Below are positions 1 through 13,931 of a DNA stretch of 64,000 nucleotides, piece by piece. How positions within the stretch are numbered: position 1 is the first letter of the stretch; each line of letters begins with the position of its first letter. The notes below the pieces were generated by a model, which worked only from the letters and a program-made list of their open reading frames with translations, was not told the DNA's origin and ran no database searches. A program made the position numbers and the translations under genes. Source of the stretch: Camelus dromedarius (lineage: Eukaryota); NCBI RefSeq assembly GCF_036321535.1, contig NC_087437.1:29452001-29516000 (forward strand). The letters run 5' to 3'.

Positions 1-2570
1 ACAACGTGTACATGAGAATAAATTATGATAAATTCATGCAATAAAATACTACCTAGACTAAAATGAATTGAACTAGACCTTACATAAACCATTATAAGTA
101 CATGTTGGAAAAAATACAAAATATGTATTAGAACATGGACATGTAGCGATACGTAGTTTCCAAAAGGCAAAAATAGCAGCAGATATAACATCTGTAGATA
201 TGTAAGAGATGATAACTAGATACACATACAGCAACATAAACACTAGAATAAGTACAAGCAAATGCAGGGAAAATAATACCCAATTCAGGCTAATGTTAAC
301 ACAGGGAAGGAGGAGAGATTCAATCAGAGAAGAAGATACAGGAAGACTTCAACTCTAGTGGCAATTTTCTATTTTTTAATGTCAGAGTGGGACATTTGTA
401 CTTATACGAATCTCTATATTTTGATGTCTTGATATTTTGCAAGTTTTAAAATAAAGTTTAAACAGATGGAAAAAAAGGTATACCAAGCAAATTCTAACCA
501 AAAGATGGCCCATATCACATTACTATCAGAAAAAAAATATCTTTTGACAAAGCCATTAATTGTATACAGTGGGTCATTTTTTAGTGTAGACACTTAGAAA
601 CCTTCAACACACATGTACTGAACAGTGTATCTCCAAAATACATAGAGCAAAAACAGACTGGCTAAGAGAAACTGGTAACTCCTCTGATCACAGAGAAACA
701 ATTTACATCCCTCTCTCAAACGGACAGATCAAAAAGACAAAATTGAGAGGTTGTGAACAGTAGAATTAACACACTTATTCTAATGACATGAGTGTGTGTG
801 TAAAATACACATTTTCTACATACATTTTGCCAATGTAGTAACATAAAATAAACACATTTATATTAGGGCAAGAGTAATTTATAAGGTAGCTAAAAATAGC
901 TCTAAATATTAACACCTATATGGAGAAAATGATAAAATTTTACTAAAAGACATAAAAATAACTAAGTAGAAAGATATAAAACATTGATGGGTGAGAAAAT
1001 ATTTTACACTATACTACTACAAAGGTGGCCATTCTCCTGAGTAAATCTTTGCTTTCAATGCAATTTCAATCAAAATATCAACTATATTTTTCATGCATCC
1101 CAATAATTTAAAATTCAGAGAAAAAAAAAAGGGGCACCAAATAGTAAAGACTACATTGGCATAAAAGAATGAAGAAAGTTGACTTACAGCACCTGAATTA
1201 ACTACTGGTTCATGGCTAGACAGAGACCAGTGAAACAGAACAGAGAGCCCCCAATGAGACTCATAGCAGTATAGAACTTGCTGTATGAGATTGCTGACAT
1301 TATAAATCAGTGCGTGAAAGGTGGAATGTTCTTCAATGCTGGGACAACATACATATGGGGGGGAAATATGTGTAGTGCAGGAATTTTACCGTACTTAAAT
1401 CAAAATTCAGGTCGATTCAAGACATAAAAAATTTAAAGTTCTGCTTTCCACATTTGTAAGTAAATATAATAGGATATTTTTATGGCCTCTCAGTAATGAA
1501 GGCTTTATTTAACAAGGCATAAAAAGCACATACAAACCATAAAGAGAAAGATTAATAAATATAAGCATACTACAATCTTTTAAAAATCCAATTTTGAAAG
1601 CCCACATAAACAGTTAAAAGAAAAGCTACACCACAGGTTGGGAAAAGACATCTGCAATACATATAACAAAAAAGACTCATGGCAACATAAGTAAAACTGC
1701 TACAGAACAAATAGAAAAACCCAACTTAAAAAAGACATTAACAGACAGACATTTATTGACAAAGAGATCCAAATAACTAAGAAACAAGAAAGATTTTCAT
1801 CACGTTGGGGGAAATTTTTATAAGCTGTTAGAGAACCATTTTATAGTTTATCAAATTGACAATCAAGAGTGAGAGTCTGACAATACCAAGTATGAATAAA
1901 TGTCTGAAAATGGGAACTTCCAAAATTTATGGGAGAAATGTAAACTCTATCACTACTTTAAAAGGCGATTTTTTCATTACTAATAAAAGATGTTCATTCA
2001 ATTGATTTCAATTGAAAGTTACCCCCCAGAAAAGCTTTTATACAGATCTACAAGTAGTTATGCACAAAGATTTTGATTACAGTTCTTTTGTAATGGGAGA
2101 AATATTAGAAATGATCTAAATATTTACTAATATGAGAATGTATGTTATCATCACGCAGTTAACTACTACTTAGCAAGTAAAAGGAATGAAGTAAATCTAC
2201 TTATCAATTGGTTAGAACGCTAAGAAATGAGGTTGAATAAGAAAAATTATGGTAAAATAGCATTTATGTAAAGTTAAAAGACATAAGTACCATATATTGT
2301 TTATGGACATATTATGGAGCTAAGTCTCAAGACTAAAATATGAATGCAAAATCAGAATAGTGATTTCCTCTGGGTAAGCAGGTGAAGATAATGGAAGAAG
2401 AGAGATGTATAAAGACCAGCTTCAACTAAATCTGGAGTTTTTCATAACTCATAAAAATATCCACAAATGTAGCCACTGTTAGCATTTATTAATCTTAGAT
2501 GAATACATGGGTATCTGTTATGTTATTCTCTGAAACACCACATTTAAAATTTATAAATGAATAAAAGCGA
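1..2570 (+). mobile_element. Old, fragmented LINE-1 (L1M/L1ME-like) ORF2 and 3' UTR remnants
   Basis: A-rich plus strand with L1-like motifs, e.g. 'aaacagatggaaaaaaggtataccaagcaaattctaaccaaaag' (~460), 'tatatggagaaaatgataaaattttactaaaagacataaaa' (~918) and 'ctgacaataccaagt' (~1877). No intact ORF. Confidence 0.8.
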
Positions 2571-3079
2571 TCAAAAAGTAATTGTAAGCTTGGTCTAAAT
2601 TATTTGGAGGAAGTCAACTGAGCAAGTTAGTAATTTGTTTTCTAATATTAAATCTTTCATGATTGTAAGAAAGGTATATTGGGATTGGATGAAATGCAGT
2701 CAGGAATTGAAGTGGTATCAGTATTTTTAATTCCGATCTAGAAAATGGAATGTGAATAAAGCAAGCATAATAAAGATGTGTCCTAGATCTAATCAAGTTC
2801 CCTATCACCTACGTTAAGAATGCAAAACGATGATGAAATAGACATACAGAAGCATCCTTCCTCCTAGTCAGTCTACTAGCAGAAGCTCTTTTGAATGAAA
2901 CCCTATGTAGCAGAATTTATCAGTAGGTGAGATTGTCCGAAACAATCCGAGTATTCCAACTGTCGACATATACCGCTGATAGTTTTCAATTTTCAAATCT
3001 TATGGAATTTTATACAAAAATGCTAAATGGACCACACAAAGAGTCAGTAGAATCATCTCAACAAAACCGTCATCTACTG

Positions 3080-4090
3080 AAGCAAATGCCACTGATTAAT
3101 TCTCATTTCTTTGTTAAATTATCACCTTTTGATACAGCAACCACTCCCTTCTTCATGAAATCTTTTATCATTTCGATCTCGGAAGCTCATGCTCTTGGTT
3201 CTCATTTTCTCCCCTAATAACCAGTCATCCTCAGTCTCCTTTGTTGTTTCCTTCTCCTCTCCCTGACCTCTAAATATTAAAGTGCCACATGACAACTGCC
3301 AAGTCATATTCCTTGTCTGAATCTTTCCACTGATTCCAAAACCCAGAAAGCCAACTACTATAATACATGTCCACTTAGATAGCGCTGACATGCCCCAAAC
3401 ACACTTTGGATTTCTGGCCCCCACGCTAAGATGCTCTTTCTGCAGCTCTCTTCAGTAGGTGACAACTGGGAGAACGCAGTTGCCCACGTGAGAAAACCTG
3501 GAATTCTCCTTGACTTCTTGAATCCTCTTCGTCCCCCCACGTGCAGCAAAAAACAACATCACCTTTTTCCCCCTTCACAATACATTCATAATCTGACACT
3601 TACCACCTTGGTTACTGCTGTACTTGTTAGTGCCACCACCATTTCTCCTTTGAACTGTTACAGCATCCTGGTCAAACCATGCCACTGTCCCACTCAAAAC
3701 TCTTCATCTGGTTCCTGCTGTCAGAAAAAGCTCAGGGGCTTTCAGGGGCTTTCAAGGCCTTACATGACTTGTTCTGCATTGTGCCTTGAGTATCACCTGC
3801 CTGAAGGCCTCTCTACATGCTGCTGCCTCTGCCTGGAATGCTCTGCCTTCCTGGCCTAAACCATTTCTTTCAGGAATCTCAATAGAGAAGTTTTCCCCAA
3901 TCATCTATAAAAATATCAAGTACCATTTTCCCTGTTTTTTTTTTTTTTCCTCCACCAAAATTTACCCTTCCAAGTTGATAATTAGTAATTAGAAAATAAC
4001 TGTCTCTCCCATCTGACTTTCAGCACTTAGAATAGTGTCTGGTAGGTAGTAGAGCACTTGGTACTTGCAGAATGAAGGAATGAATGAACA
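3080..4090 (+). mobile_element. LINE-2 3' remnant
   Basis: Pyrimidine-rich L2-like body ('tttgatacagcaaccactcccttcttc', 'tgctgcctctgcctggaatgctct') ending in the L2 tail 'agcacttagaatagtgtctggtaggtagtagagcact...gaatgaaggaatgaatgaa'. Confidence 0.8.
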
Positions 4091-5642
4091 AAATGCCACA
4101 AATGCTTAATGATATCCATATTACCGATTTTGCCTCTCAGCATATTCGTTTTGCTTTTTTACTTTTCAGGTAATGATCTCCAGTGAGATTTTATACCCTC
4201 AAATGATGTATTTGCTATACATTTTGACTCCTGTATAGATATAGCAAATATGGACAGGAACATACCCTATTCAGGGATTAGTTTGAAAGAAATATAAAAA
4301 GGCATTCCCAAAAGACAAAATATGCAGAAGTGTTTCACTAACATGCTAACATTTTTAGCAAATACAAATTTTATGAACATATATATGTTTTATATTCCTA
4401 GATGTATGTCTAGGACTTCCCCTCTATATAAACAAGGGCTAAATATTCACATTATATAATTCCTTCTCACTGTTCTCCAAAATATTTGTTACAATTCACC
4501 ACTAGGGAAAACCTGCAAACTTCCAATGTGTCAAGAAGACTATCTAGCAAGGAATAAGCTCTGTCAAAGACGTAATTCTGTAAGTGGTGCTGCATGTCTG
4601 ATCTGTCCATTTTTATATGAAATTCTCAAAGAAATATCTGGTGTGATTAGAGTCTAAATTTATACCTATAATAAAGGGATTTTTTTGTCATATAACCTCT
4701 TTGAAAATAATTCCAGAGTATGTTAGTAACTGATTCAAATTAGGAAATAGATAATATTCAGTTCTTTAAAATCTTAGCTTAGTCATAAATAACACCAACA
4801 AAATTCTACCAAATCCTTCAATGTGAGATTATGGTTACTTCGCCAAGCTACTTCATTATGGTATTTATAACTCCAATTGGCCACATGGGGAAAAAGCCCT
4901 CAATGCCTTCAAGAGTCTAATCTATCTCTTCCTCAACTTTCTCTTTTAGAAGTCCAGTATCAGTCCAGTCTGAACTAGTACCCTCTTGCTCAGAGCTGAC
5001 ACATAATGAAAGAAAAAAAAAAAAAAAAAAGGGTGAGACTTTGGGTCTTGCATTGAGAACAACTAAGTTCTAATTATGGAGGTTTCTTCATCTATAATTT
5101 AGTTCTAGGTATTTCTGACCCTATATACCATTGCACAGATTTGTTCAAATGCTGGAACTGCACTTATCCAACTTTATAAAGCATAGGCTTTAGCTGTTTA
5201 CTATCTGGGGGATAATTCTTTGACCTCTGTGCTTCAGTAACAGTGTGAGTTTCATAAACATACCTTCTTTTCAGACCAACGTCCAGGAAGAGTGGAACCT
5301 GAAAGGATACCCCACCCTTTTCTCCGGACACTCCCTGAGTCATCCTATCAGTTATCCCTTGGAAATAGCAGCAGCACCCTGTCTATTTCTTAACACTTCT
5401 GATTTTCCTTTTGTGCTATTATCTTGCTCTCTTTACTTTTCACAGTATCTGAGTTAAAGTACTAGCTAGCCCCATAGTAAGTACCTGACAAGTGCCCAAT
5501 TTTAATATGCATGTCATAATTTTAAATCTCACACACAGAAAACGAGCCCACCTTCCTGTACCATGCAGACACATGGGGCTTCTAGGGTGTGTTGAAGTGT
5601 CGTTGACAGAAGTATTACTATTCTCCCAACACAAGGTGAGAA

Positions 5643-5720
5643 GCTGACTCAGTGACGTGCAGCAGGATGTGACAGACATCCTAAAGTCAGGGGGATCGGG
5701 GGAGAGGGACTCTGGGCGGG
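5643..5720. promoter_or_regulatory. Candidate enhancer: adjacent AP-1, CRE/HRE-like and GC-box motifs
   Basis: TGACTCA 5645-5651, TGACGTG 5653-5659 and GGGCGG 5714-5719 in non-repetitive sequence. Motif matches only. Confidence 0.35.
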
Positions 5721-6504
5721 AGGAGAGTTTGGCTACAGCATGATAACTTGCAGCAGCACATGTAACAGATGCAGAAGACTTGGTGTTATTTTTTTCCACC
5801 CTCCCTCTGTTTCAGAATGTGTTTCATTAATCTCCCAGCACACGTCTGAGATCTGGAACTCTTTTGCCTTCATTCTGACAAGAATATGAGGTTAAGCAGA
5901 AGGCAGTGAGAGGCATGACATGGCAGAAGTCAGTCAAGTTAACAAGTTCCCCCATGCTGTTCTGGTAGCTCCTAATTGTTTTAGCCACAATAATAATTTT
6001 CTTTTTCTGCAACACAAAGAGGCTTTATTAATTATGGTGACCCTGGCAACCAAGTCAATGAGCTACTTTTTCTTCATACTTATGAAAATGCGGTTCTTAG
6101 TTTATTCAATATACCTTGTACATTCCTTTCTTAGCCATCATTTATAGGACTTTAATCACGAGGTTAGGATTGGACTTTCTATCCTGAGGTTTTTAATAGA
6201 CATTCTAAATGTATAAATAGGGGTCCATAAAAAGCTGAGGAATTCAGACTCTGCTCACTTAGCCTTTCTGAGTCGATGGAGTTCCAGCACAGCAGCCCTA
6301 TCAAATTTCTCGCTTCTGGTCCCTAGTCCCTTTCTAGTAACTAATTTTCTGCTTGGTTTGGTATAAATCTTCAAGCTATTTCATCTAGTGTGGCACAAGC
6401 AGACTTGTTAATATTAACAATGAGGCTGCAGCCAAAGAGGGAGAGAGAACAATCCTGCCCTCAAGACACTGTAGAAACTGATATGAAACTGCTTTAAAGG
6501 GCAC

Positions 6505-6875
6505 AAATGGGGAATAATCTGTCCTGTTTATTTGTCAGGTTTGGTTCAATGCACTCTTATTTCAACTTCAAAAGTGTCAGTAGAGCACCTGTTGGACATC
6601 AGGCTCCGTGCCGGGACCTAAGGATGACGCACAGGACAGGGCCCTGCCCGTAACAATCCTCCAGCCACCTAGAGAGACCGAAAAGAAAGCAATCTGGCCC
6701 CTCTGCAGAAAATCACATGTGTGTCTATCAAGTTGGCCACCATGAATGCAAACGTGAAGGAAAAACAGAGCAGACAAACTCAGTCTTAGAGCAGCAAATA
6801 TCCTAAGAAAGCAGAAAGGTCATACTGTAGATTTGCAAGAGTGCCATTTTTTTTTCCTTCGTTTTTCTTTTATGG
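6505..6875 (-). other. Candidate terminal exon of a minus-strand transcript
   Basis: Strong minus-strand acceptor 'ttcaatttttctttttcttttacag|CCATAA' at 6876/6875 and AATAAA on the minus strand at 6532-6527. The 3' end is an estimate. Confidence 0.3.
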
Positions 6876-7594
6876 CTGTAAAAGAAAAAGAAAAATTGAA
6901 ACTAATTATTTCTGGGGGAAGAAGTGGCATGGAGACTTTAGGTTTTTGGTTTTCATAGACCAACCTGTGAACAGATAAGGAAGGGAAGCCCATGAAAGGC
7001 CTTTATAATCCGAAATGACAGGCAGAAGTTGCTTCAGCCATGTTACATCCCTAAAACCCACTGAAGTCTCAGAAACCCAAACCCCTGAGGTTTCAAGTAC
7101 AGTCAGGAGTACTAACAACCCAGAGAGGAGATAGCCAAGGTCCCTCCTGATTCAGACACAGAAAATACATGAGGTATCCCCCAGGAAGGGAGGTGTCCAA
7201 AATGTAAACTGCTCCCTGTGGCAAAGAACAAAGCAGCTACGGTCTGAGAAGGGGCTCTGGAATGAAGGAGAGGAAAGGCTCACGGGGCACTTCCCATCAC
7301 GAAGGAAAGCCAACCTCTCATTAAATTAAAAATGTAAACATTTCATACCCCATCCTTTCAATTCTATTTGCTTCCATGCTTCCCTGCATCCTTTCCTTTT
7401 TCCCTCCCTTCTTCATTAGTATAAGTAGCTATAGATTTAGTATATTTCACAAAACAAGATCACAAGAACCCTAAAATCACACAAGCAAATAATGATAGTA
7501 GTCTTTTGATAAGGTATTTACAGATATTCCTATTTCTTTGAAATTTTTTCTATCATAGCTTGACAAGAACTTGGTAACTAATGATATTAAAATC

Positions 7595-7657
7595 TGCACT
7601 GGAATTTGACACAACATTGTAAAATGACTATAACTCAATAAAAAAAAGGTAAAAAAA
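7595..7657 (+). mobile_element. Severely 5'-truncated young L1 3' tail
   Basis: 'ttgacacaacattgtaaaatgactataactcaataaaaaaaa' matches the reverse complement of the L1 tail at 36016-36162 and resembles the tail near 51460. Confidence 0.8.
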
Positions 7658-9017
7658 CTGAATTATAAATGCTTCAGTTACATAATTATTTTATTGCAGT
7701 TTCTCACTACAGAGAAAAAGCATCAATTGGTTAGCTAGTTGGCAGGTGCTCTGAGAGTCAGCATCCTTCCCCAAGGAAAGTCAACTCAAATCCCCATCAC
7801 ATGGCCACATAGGGGTGACTGGCCTCCTTGGTGCTGGCATCACACCCAAGCTGATGGTCCCTTTATCCAACCCAGATTCTCTAGCACCATTCCGTACAGA
7901 AGAGGCACTCTCTTACCTGCATCTCTTACCTGCATCACAAACCGACACTCTACATGCTGTATTTTACAGGTCACCACTTCTTACCTTTTCACTTTATGTC
8001 CCAACACCAGAGCTTATGACTTTGAGATTAAGTGCAGTGTTCAAATGATCAAGTATCTCCAAAGAACTAAACACGTAATTTGGTGACTCTGGTGGTAATT
8101 CTATTGCAGATGCTAAAAAAGTTAATTTCCTTTGCCTTTATAAACATTCATATTTCAGTTTTCGTATCTGCTTAGAAAAGTTCAAGAAGGAAGAGGTATC
8201 TACACAAGAAATATGGACTCTCTCAAGAATTACCCAAATAGGAGTTTCATGGAACAGAAATGCTCCTTTATCTGCTACTTTTAAGCTAAGAACTTTTGAG
8301 AAATATAGGTATGATGACATCAAAGGGGGAGAAAAGGATGTTTCAAAATGTTTTTCCAACTACACAAAATGCCACTGAACCTTCTGCATAAGCTCCTCTG
8401 TTCCTGGAAGCAAATTTTGCGTAGGAAATTTCAATAAGCACGAAAGCCACCTCAGAGATACCACCACAGTCAGATTTCCCGTGGTCAGTGCAGGCGTCCC
8501 CCAAATGCACTAGTGAACACACTGCACCCAAAGGGAGAGGAGGCAGGAACTCAACAGTTGTGAGTGTCCATCGAGCTCTCCATCCATCACCATCCCCTTC
8601 CGAGGTTAAGCTCAGTCCTATGTCCACTTTAGTTTGATGTAATTGCAAATAGTTTATGTTCTTCTCCCTCAGACAACAGTCCTGTTTTTTTGTTGTTTTG
8701 TTTTGTTTTTACCCTTCTCTTATTCTCCCAAGACAGAATTATTATCTCAAGTCCCTATAAATCAAAACCATCTATCCACTGCCTCTGGGCATTTCAAAGT
8801 ACAGAGTCAACTTATTGGACTATTTTTGGATATGTGACATTTGTGCCCTTCCCACATAACCCAGCTATTGTAGCACAGCATTTTGGAGGGAAGAATTCTT
8901 TAACACCTCTATATTTACAATATATTTCTGTTAAAGTAAGTATTTACTGTTAAGTATATAGTCACGGTGTTTTTAGTATAAACGGGCATGTCTGCTGTTA
9001 TTTGCTATGGTGCTGGT

Positions 9018-9070
9018 AATATTTTAATATTTTAATTTTAATATTTTAATTTCAATATTTTAATATTTAA
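9018..9070. repeat. Degenerate (AATATTTT)n AT-rich tandem repeat
   Basis: 'aatattttaatattttaattttaatattttaatttcaatattttaatatttaa' read directly. Confidence 0.8.
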
Positions 9071-10558
9071 TTGCACATGCTGCATAATAGTTTTGTACTG
9101 ATTAGCCTAGTCTAGTATTGCTAGAACTCATTTTAAGCTTTTGCTGTAAAGTCTTGTGTTTGAAATTGTTTCACCGAAGAAAAATCATCAAGGATTTCTT
9201 TTCCCCCATCTCCCCAGCCACTACTAGAAGAGCCCCCACTATAACAGGAAAAAAACGTTGCACAAAGAAGCACTAGTGAAATAATGAATCACACTTGAAT
9301 GACCATGGCCTAATTGTCATATGTAATTTCAGGTTGCTACACAATTAGAATCATTTTGTTTTAATAACGCCTCCATATGTCTAAGGACCTAACGCTTCTC
9401 ATGAGCTTAGGTAAAAAGTACAGTATTTCTCTCTTCCTTTGATAAACTACTATTATAAGAAATGGGGAGGAGAACCCCTACAATGATAGCAGTGATGGCT
9501 GTATCCCGATCTTTAGTGAGCAGTCAAGGGCTGTGGTGAGACTCATTCATTTTCCCTGTGCTGTACATGAGGTACACCAGTGTCTGTTTCTGATCTGCTA
9601 TCATACGGAGTCAGGTCCTCTCTGTTTAAGTCCAAGAGAATTGGTGAGCTAACGATACGAAGCAGAGTGCCTGCTCAGAGAAACTGCTAATTATCAGCAG
9701 GGCAAGCTGCTTTCCTGAGGACTGACAGTGTGGCAGCTGGCTGGTGGGTGTGCCCATCTCCTGGGACTTCCAGGACTCTTATTTCAGAAACAGACTTATC
9801 AGAACCAAGAAGTCGAAAGGAGTACTATACACTATTATAATTGAATTAATTGATATTTAGGGCTTGAATTGATGTAAAATATTCTTTTTTTCCCTTCAGT
9901 TCCCACTTACAAGTCAAGACTGTTGTAAATTTTTCTGAAAAATTGTCCAACATTTTTGTTATCCAAATTAACCGATTTACGATTTTTAATAATCTGAATT
10001 CTTAAATGAAAGACACATACTGGCTATTTAAGAACAAAACTAGCCTGGATGGGGTTCAAGTTCTTTTCCTCTTAGGGGTAGATCATTCAAAAAAGGAGAA
10101 TCAATGTCTTTTGATACCTAATTTAACTGGGAATATGCCTTTGTAACTTGAAAGTGAAAGACAAGTGTGACTACTTGTGATATTCAATTTTTAGATATTA
10201 TGACTTTCTGTGAACTATTAGTTTCACCTAATAGAAAGAAACGGCATATATGTACAATAATGATTTCAATAACAATCAAAAGAACTCATAAATGTCAACC
10301 TTAAAACAGGAGAGATTTGGGATAAGTCACAAACTATGGTAAGGAAACTAGTTTAAGTAAACAAATATTTTTACCTTCAAAGCTGCAAACACAAAACTTC
10401 TAGAGATGTTAAGTTGTATCTCAGATTTTATATAATTTCATTTTAGATAGCTGAATAAAATAGAATCTGATATCACAATCAGAATTTTACTTATTTTGCT
10501 TCAATTTTGCCTTTCTTTCACTTGTGAGGAAGTTTCTATTCTTTCGAGAATATTTTAC

Positions 10559-10585
10559 CATCTTCCACCAAATTAGGTCCCTTCC
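10559..10585 (-). other. Candidate 27-nt microexon
   Basis: Minus strand reads 'ccttatgttttacag|GGAAGGGACCTAATTTGGTGGAAGATG|gtaaaa'. Length is a multiple of 3. Confidence 0.25.
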
Positions 10586-11229
10586 CTGTAAAACATAAGG
10601 TACACGTAAGAACTGTGAGTGTGCGCCTTATGGGTCACCTTCAATCCCTGTTAAGTAGAGGATATCAGCAAGTATTTGTGGAAAGGTCTAAAAAGCAAGA
10701 ATCAGTGATACACTATTAAAAAGTTATCAGCCACTCGTGCTCTGATTAACCATGCCAGTTAAGGTCATAGTCCCAAACTACAGTGTTCAAAATCCAGAAG
10801 TTATAGATGCCTTTGGTTATAGATTGATGAGTAATTACGCTGTATGTGTGTTAGAGAGACAGACATATTGGGGGGTGGGGTATTTGCTTCAAATATCCCG
10901 ACAAACTTCTAAGAAGCTCTGGTCACAGCTCAAGAACAACAGGTGGCACATACAATTAGGTGGCGTTTTCACTCAGAGCAGACCAATTCCTATGAGGGGA
11001 GCACGGCTGAGTATCTTGTGCTGAAAACCTTAGAAAATTTATCAACTAGCTATGTTCATCCTAAACTCCCCCAAAAGACACACAGCAGATGTTAACAAAG
11101 CTTGGTGATACACAGTGTGATGGATGACAGTACCAGCATCTGTAAGATCTTGGCAAATTACACTGACAGCCAGACTCATCTAGATTACATTTAATATAAT
11201 TAAATATAAATTCGAGGCTTCCAGTTAAA

Positions 11230-12410
11230 CATAGTAGTTTGAACACCTGCATTTATTTCTACTCTCCCCCAAAACTATTTAATTGGCAGTTAAGGGATTC
11301 TTAAAAAAAGACAAATATCCAAGGTCAAAGAGAATGGGAGATAAGATTACAACAGGTGAGAAGTGGGAACAAAAGTTCTGAAGCAGAAAACCTGATGCAG
11401 AAGTAGTAGCTGCCTTAGTGTAGCCAAAAACAGAAAATGAAACCAATAGGAAGCAAGTTAATTCATATCACAGACCTCTCCCTGCATTCCCTTCCCAAAG
11501 GAAGTGAATTTCCAATTTAAAAGGAGACAACAAATTTTAAAGGGCACTTTAACAAGCTTTAAAAGGCACTTTACTATAACATTTCTAAGCACTAGGGATA
11601 ATGGAAAGACCTTAGGAGCTTCTACAGAAGGGCTTAAAAAAAGAGACAGATCATATATATTTTAAGTATAAGAACAGCACCAGATTTCTAAATGGCAAAT
11701 CTGGAAGTTAGAAGAAAATACAACAAGGTTTTCAAAATTCTGAAGGAAGCATTTCCAATATAGAATTCTAGATCTAGGCAAAAGATCAAATTAAGGGTAG
11801 AATTAAGGCACTCCCAGACGTACTGTCTCAAATTTATTTTCCTTTTTAGAAAGAAGCTAGAGAGGATTTATCAAAATGCAAGAGTAAAGTAAGAGAAAGA
11901 CATGAGACTCAAAACCAGATCTGACAGAAGAGAGAGATGGAGGAATTTCCAGCATGATGGCATAAAGAGCTTTCTAGGTGACAGTAGTGTAGCAGGTCTA
12001 CAGATCAATCAGTCCATGCTGGAGCAGAGGAACAGACAACTCTAGAATGAGAGAGAACACAAGTGATTACCTGATGCTGAATTGTCTAGAAATAGATTTT
12101 CAATAGTAACAGAAAATTAAGATCTGAGTGTCAGCTAAGTCGAGAGCTAAGCAACCAACCAAAACCAGTGGCAATTATTCACTTCAGGGAAAACAAAAAA
12201 TTGGACACAACAGAAGAATTACCATGGTAATCTGATATACGGTTCAGCTGTGGATAATATTTCTAAAGCCATAATAATGTAAATTAAATTTTGATTTTAG
12301 AAAAAAGTAATTGATTAAAAAGTTGCCATCTTCCGTGGAATGAGCCTGGAAAGTCATTTCTTTATCCCCCACCACAGTGGCTATATTACAGTCATAAGCA
12401 GGCTTGTTTA
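11230..12410 (+). mobile_element. Old L1 (L1M/L1ME) 5'/ORF1-region remnant
   Basis: ORF1-like motifs 'cagatttctaaatggcaaatctggaagttagaagaaaatacaacaaggttttcaaaattctgaaggaa...tagaattcta'. Confidence 0.65.
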
Positions 12411-13621
12411 GAAACAGTAACATACATCATAATCCCAGCAGCCACGATTGAATGGGTAACAACCAAGTGAGCAACCCAAAATCCCCAGAGGAGCCTTGAT
12501 TTTCTACTCCTACTGAGGGACACAGACGCACAGACTCCCTCAGCTGGCAGAGCCCTCCATCTCTTACAGATGAGAAATCAAAGAGCAGGATCTGAGCAGG
12601 AAAGTTGGTAAAGTCCAAACTAAAACTGTTCAGTTCATTTGGGGTTGTGCTCCGAATGGGGCAAATCAGACAACTGGGTTGATTCAGAGAGTCTGGCTTA
12701 CATTATTTACACAGTCATTTTGATTTATAGTCATCCCCAAACCTGTTCCTAATTACCTATGACTTGAGCTGTTCTGAAATTGTTCACCAAATTGAATGGG
12801 CCACTACTAGACTCTCACTATTTTTGTTAAGCCCCATTATCTGTAATGTACAGATAGATGTTTTCAGAGGAAGTATGTTTTGATAAATCTTGAAAACTGA
12901 ACAACTACTAACAACACAAGTAAAGATTAAAAACAGGAAATTCTCACATAGTTTGAAGTGTACTTTTCTACAAGTTTTACTATCAGAAGGCTATGCCTGG
13001 CATTTCTGGAGATCCATCTCACAAAGCGGACGACAGAACCCACATGGTATCTCCCCTCGCAAGGCAGTTACAGTCTCCATCCACTGAGATCCCAGTTCCT
13101 GACAAGTGAGTGTGGAAGGGATTTCATAAGGTCCTAGGTCCTTCAGTCGGCTTATACTGGCCCGAATAGTTACCAGCTAAATGTGTAGGATAATAAGATT
13201 GGAGTTCCACGGCAGCCACTAAGGAGGAATTTGATCTTCAGACAGAAGCTAACAGTAGATTTGAAACATCTCATCTCCATTGTTTGATTTCCATGACTGA
13301 CTGTGTGTCGAAGGGACACCCTTGGTGAGCCTTTAAGATGTAGTATGAGTTCCTTACTTAAGTGTGGCAGAGCTTCCTGATGAAGGGTGTATTGATCTGA
13401 ATCCAATTTTACTGCTTTATTCCTTCAGAATATGAGTGATGGGACTACTGACTAGAGTTTCAATGAAACTCAGCACTTGGATAAAACAAACACTATTAGC
13501 AATAGAAACACAAAGGTGAGAACTTCTTAGTGAAATCTGAAAAGTGTCCAGTACTAAAGTTACTCAGCTACAAACTGTTAAATTCAGAAACCCGGTCCCA
13601 GATTTTATCACCAGAACTTAC

Positions 13622-13720
13622 AAGTTTGTAGGCATGTTTTCACAAATAATTATCTTTGAAAAGCCTTTGGCAGTGTCATCCTCATTTGCCTTTTCAGACA
13701 GGGCAAATTCCCATTAACGC
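13622..13720 (-). other. Candidate 99-nt internal exon (stops in all three frames)
   Basis: Minus strand reads 'aagttctttccag|GCGTTAATGG...ACAAACTT|gtaagt'. Confidence 0.35.
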
Positions 13721-13751
13721 CTGGAAAGAACTTTTTAAAAGAGTGTCAGAC

Positions 13752-13931
13752 TTTTTTTTTTTTTTTTTTAAAAAGAATTTTCTTAAGATATAATTCATAT
13801 ACCATATAACTCACCCAAAGTGTCAGTTCAGTGGTTTTAGTATACATCCCGAGCTGTGCAACCATCACTACAATGTAATTTTAGAAAATTTTCTTCATCC
13901 TCAAAAAGAAACCCCATTCTCAGTAGCAGTC
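13752..13931 (-). mobile_element. L1MB-like 3' end, 5'-truncated, with TSD
   Basis: Poly(T) followed by 'aagatataattcatataccatata...ttcagtggtttttagtata...tgtgcaaccatcactaca'. Flanked by aagagtgtcag (~13739) and aagagtgacag (~13932). Confidence 0.85.

Noticed and set aside
2927..3859. ORFs of 96-142 aa
   Set aside because: They overlap or adjoin an L2 relic and have no recognisable domain or exon structure.
8158..8197. Plus-strand exon-like segment (ttcag...GAAGAG|gtatct)
   Set aside because: Weak donor, no linked exons and no recognisable peptide.
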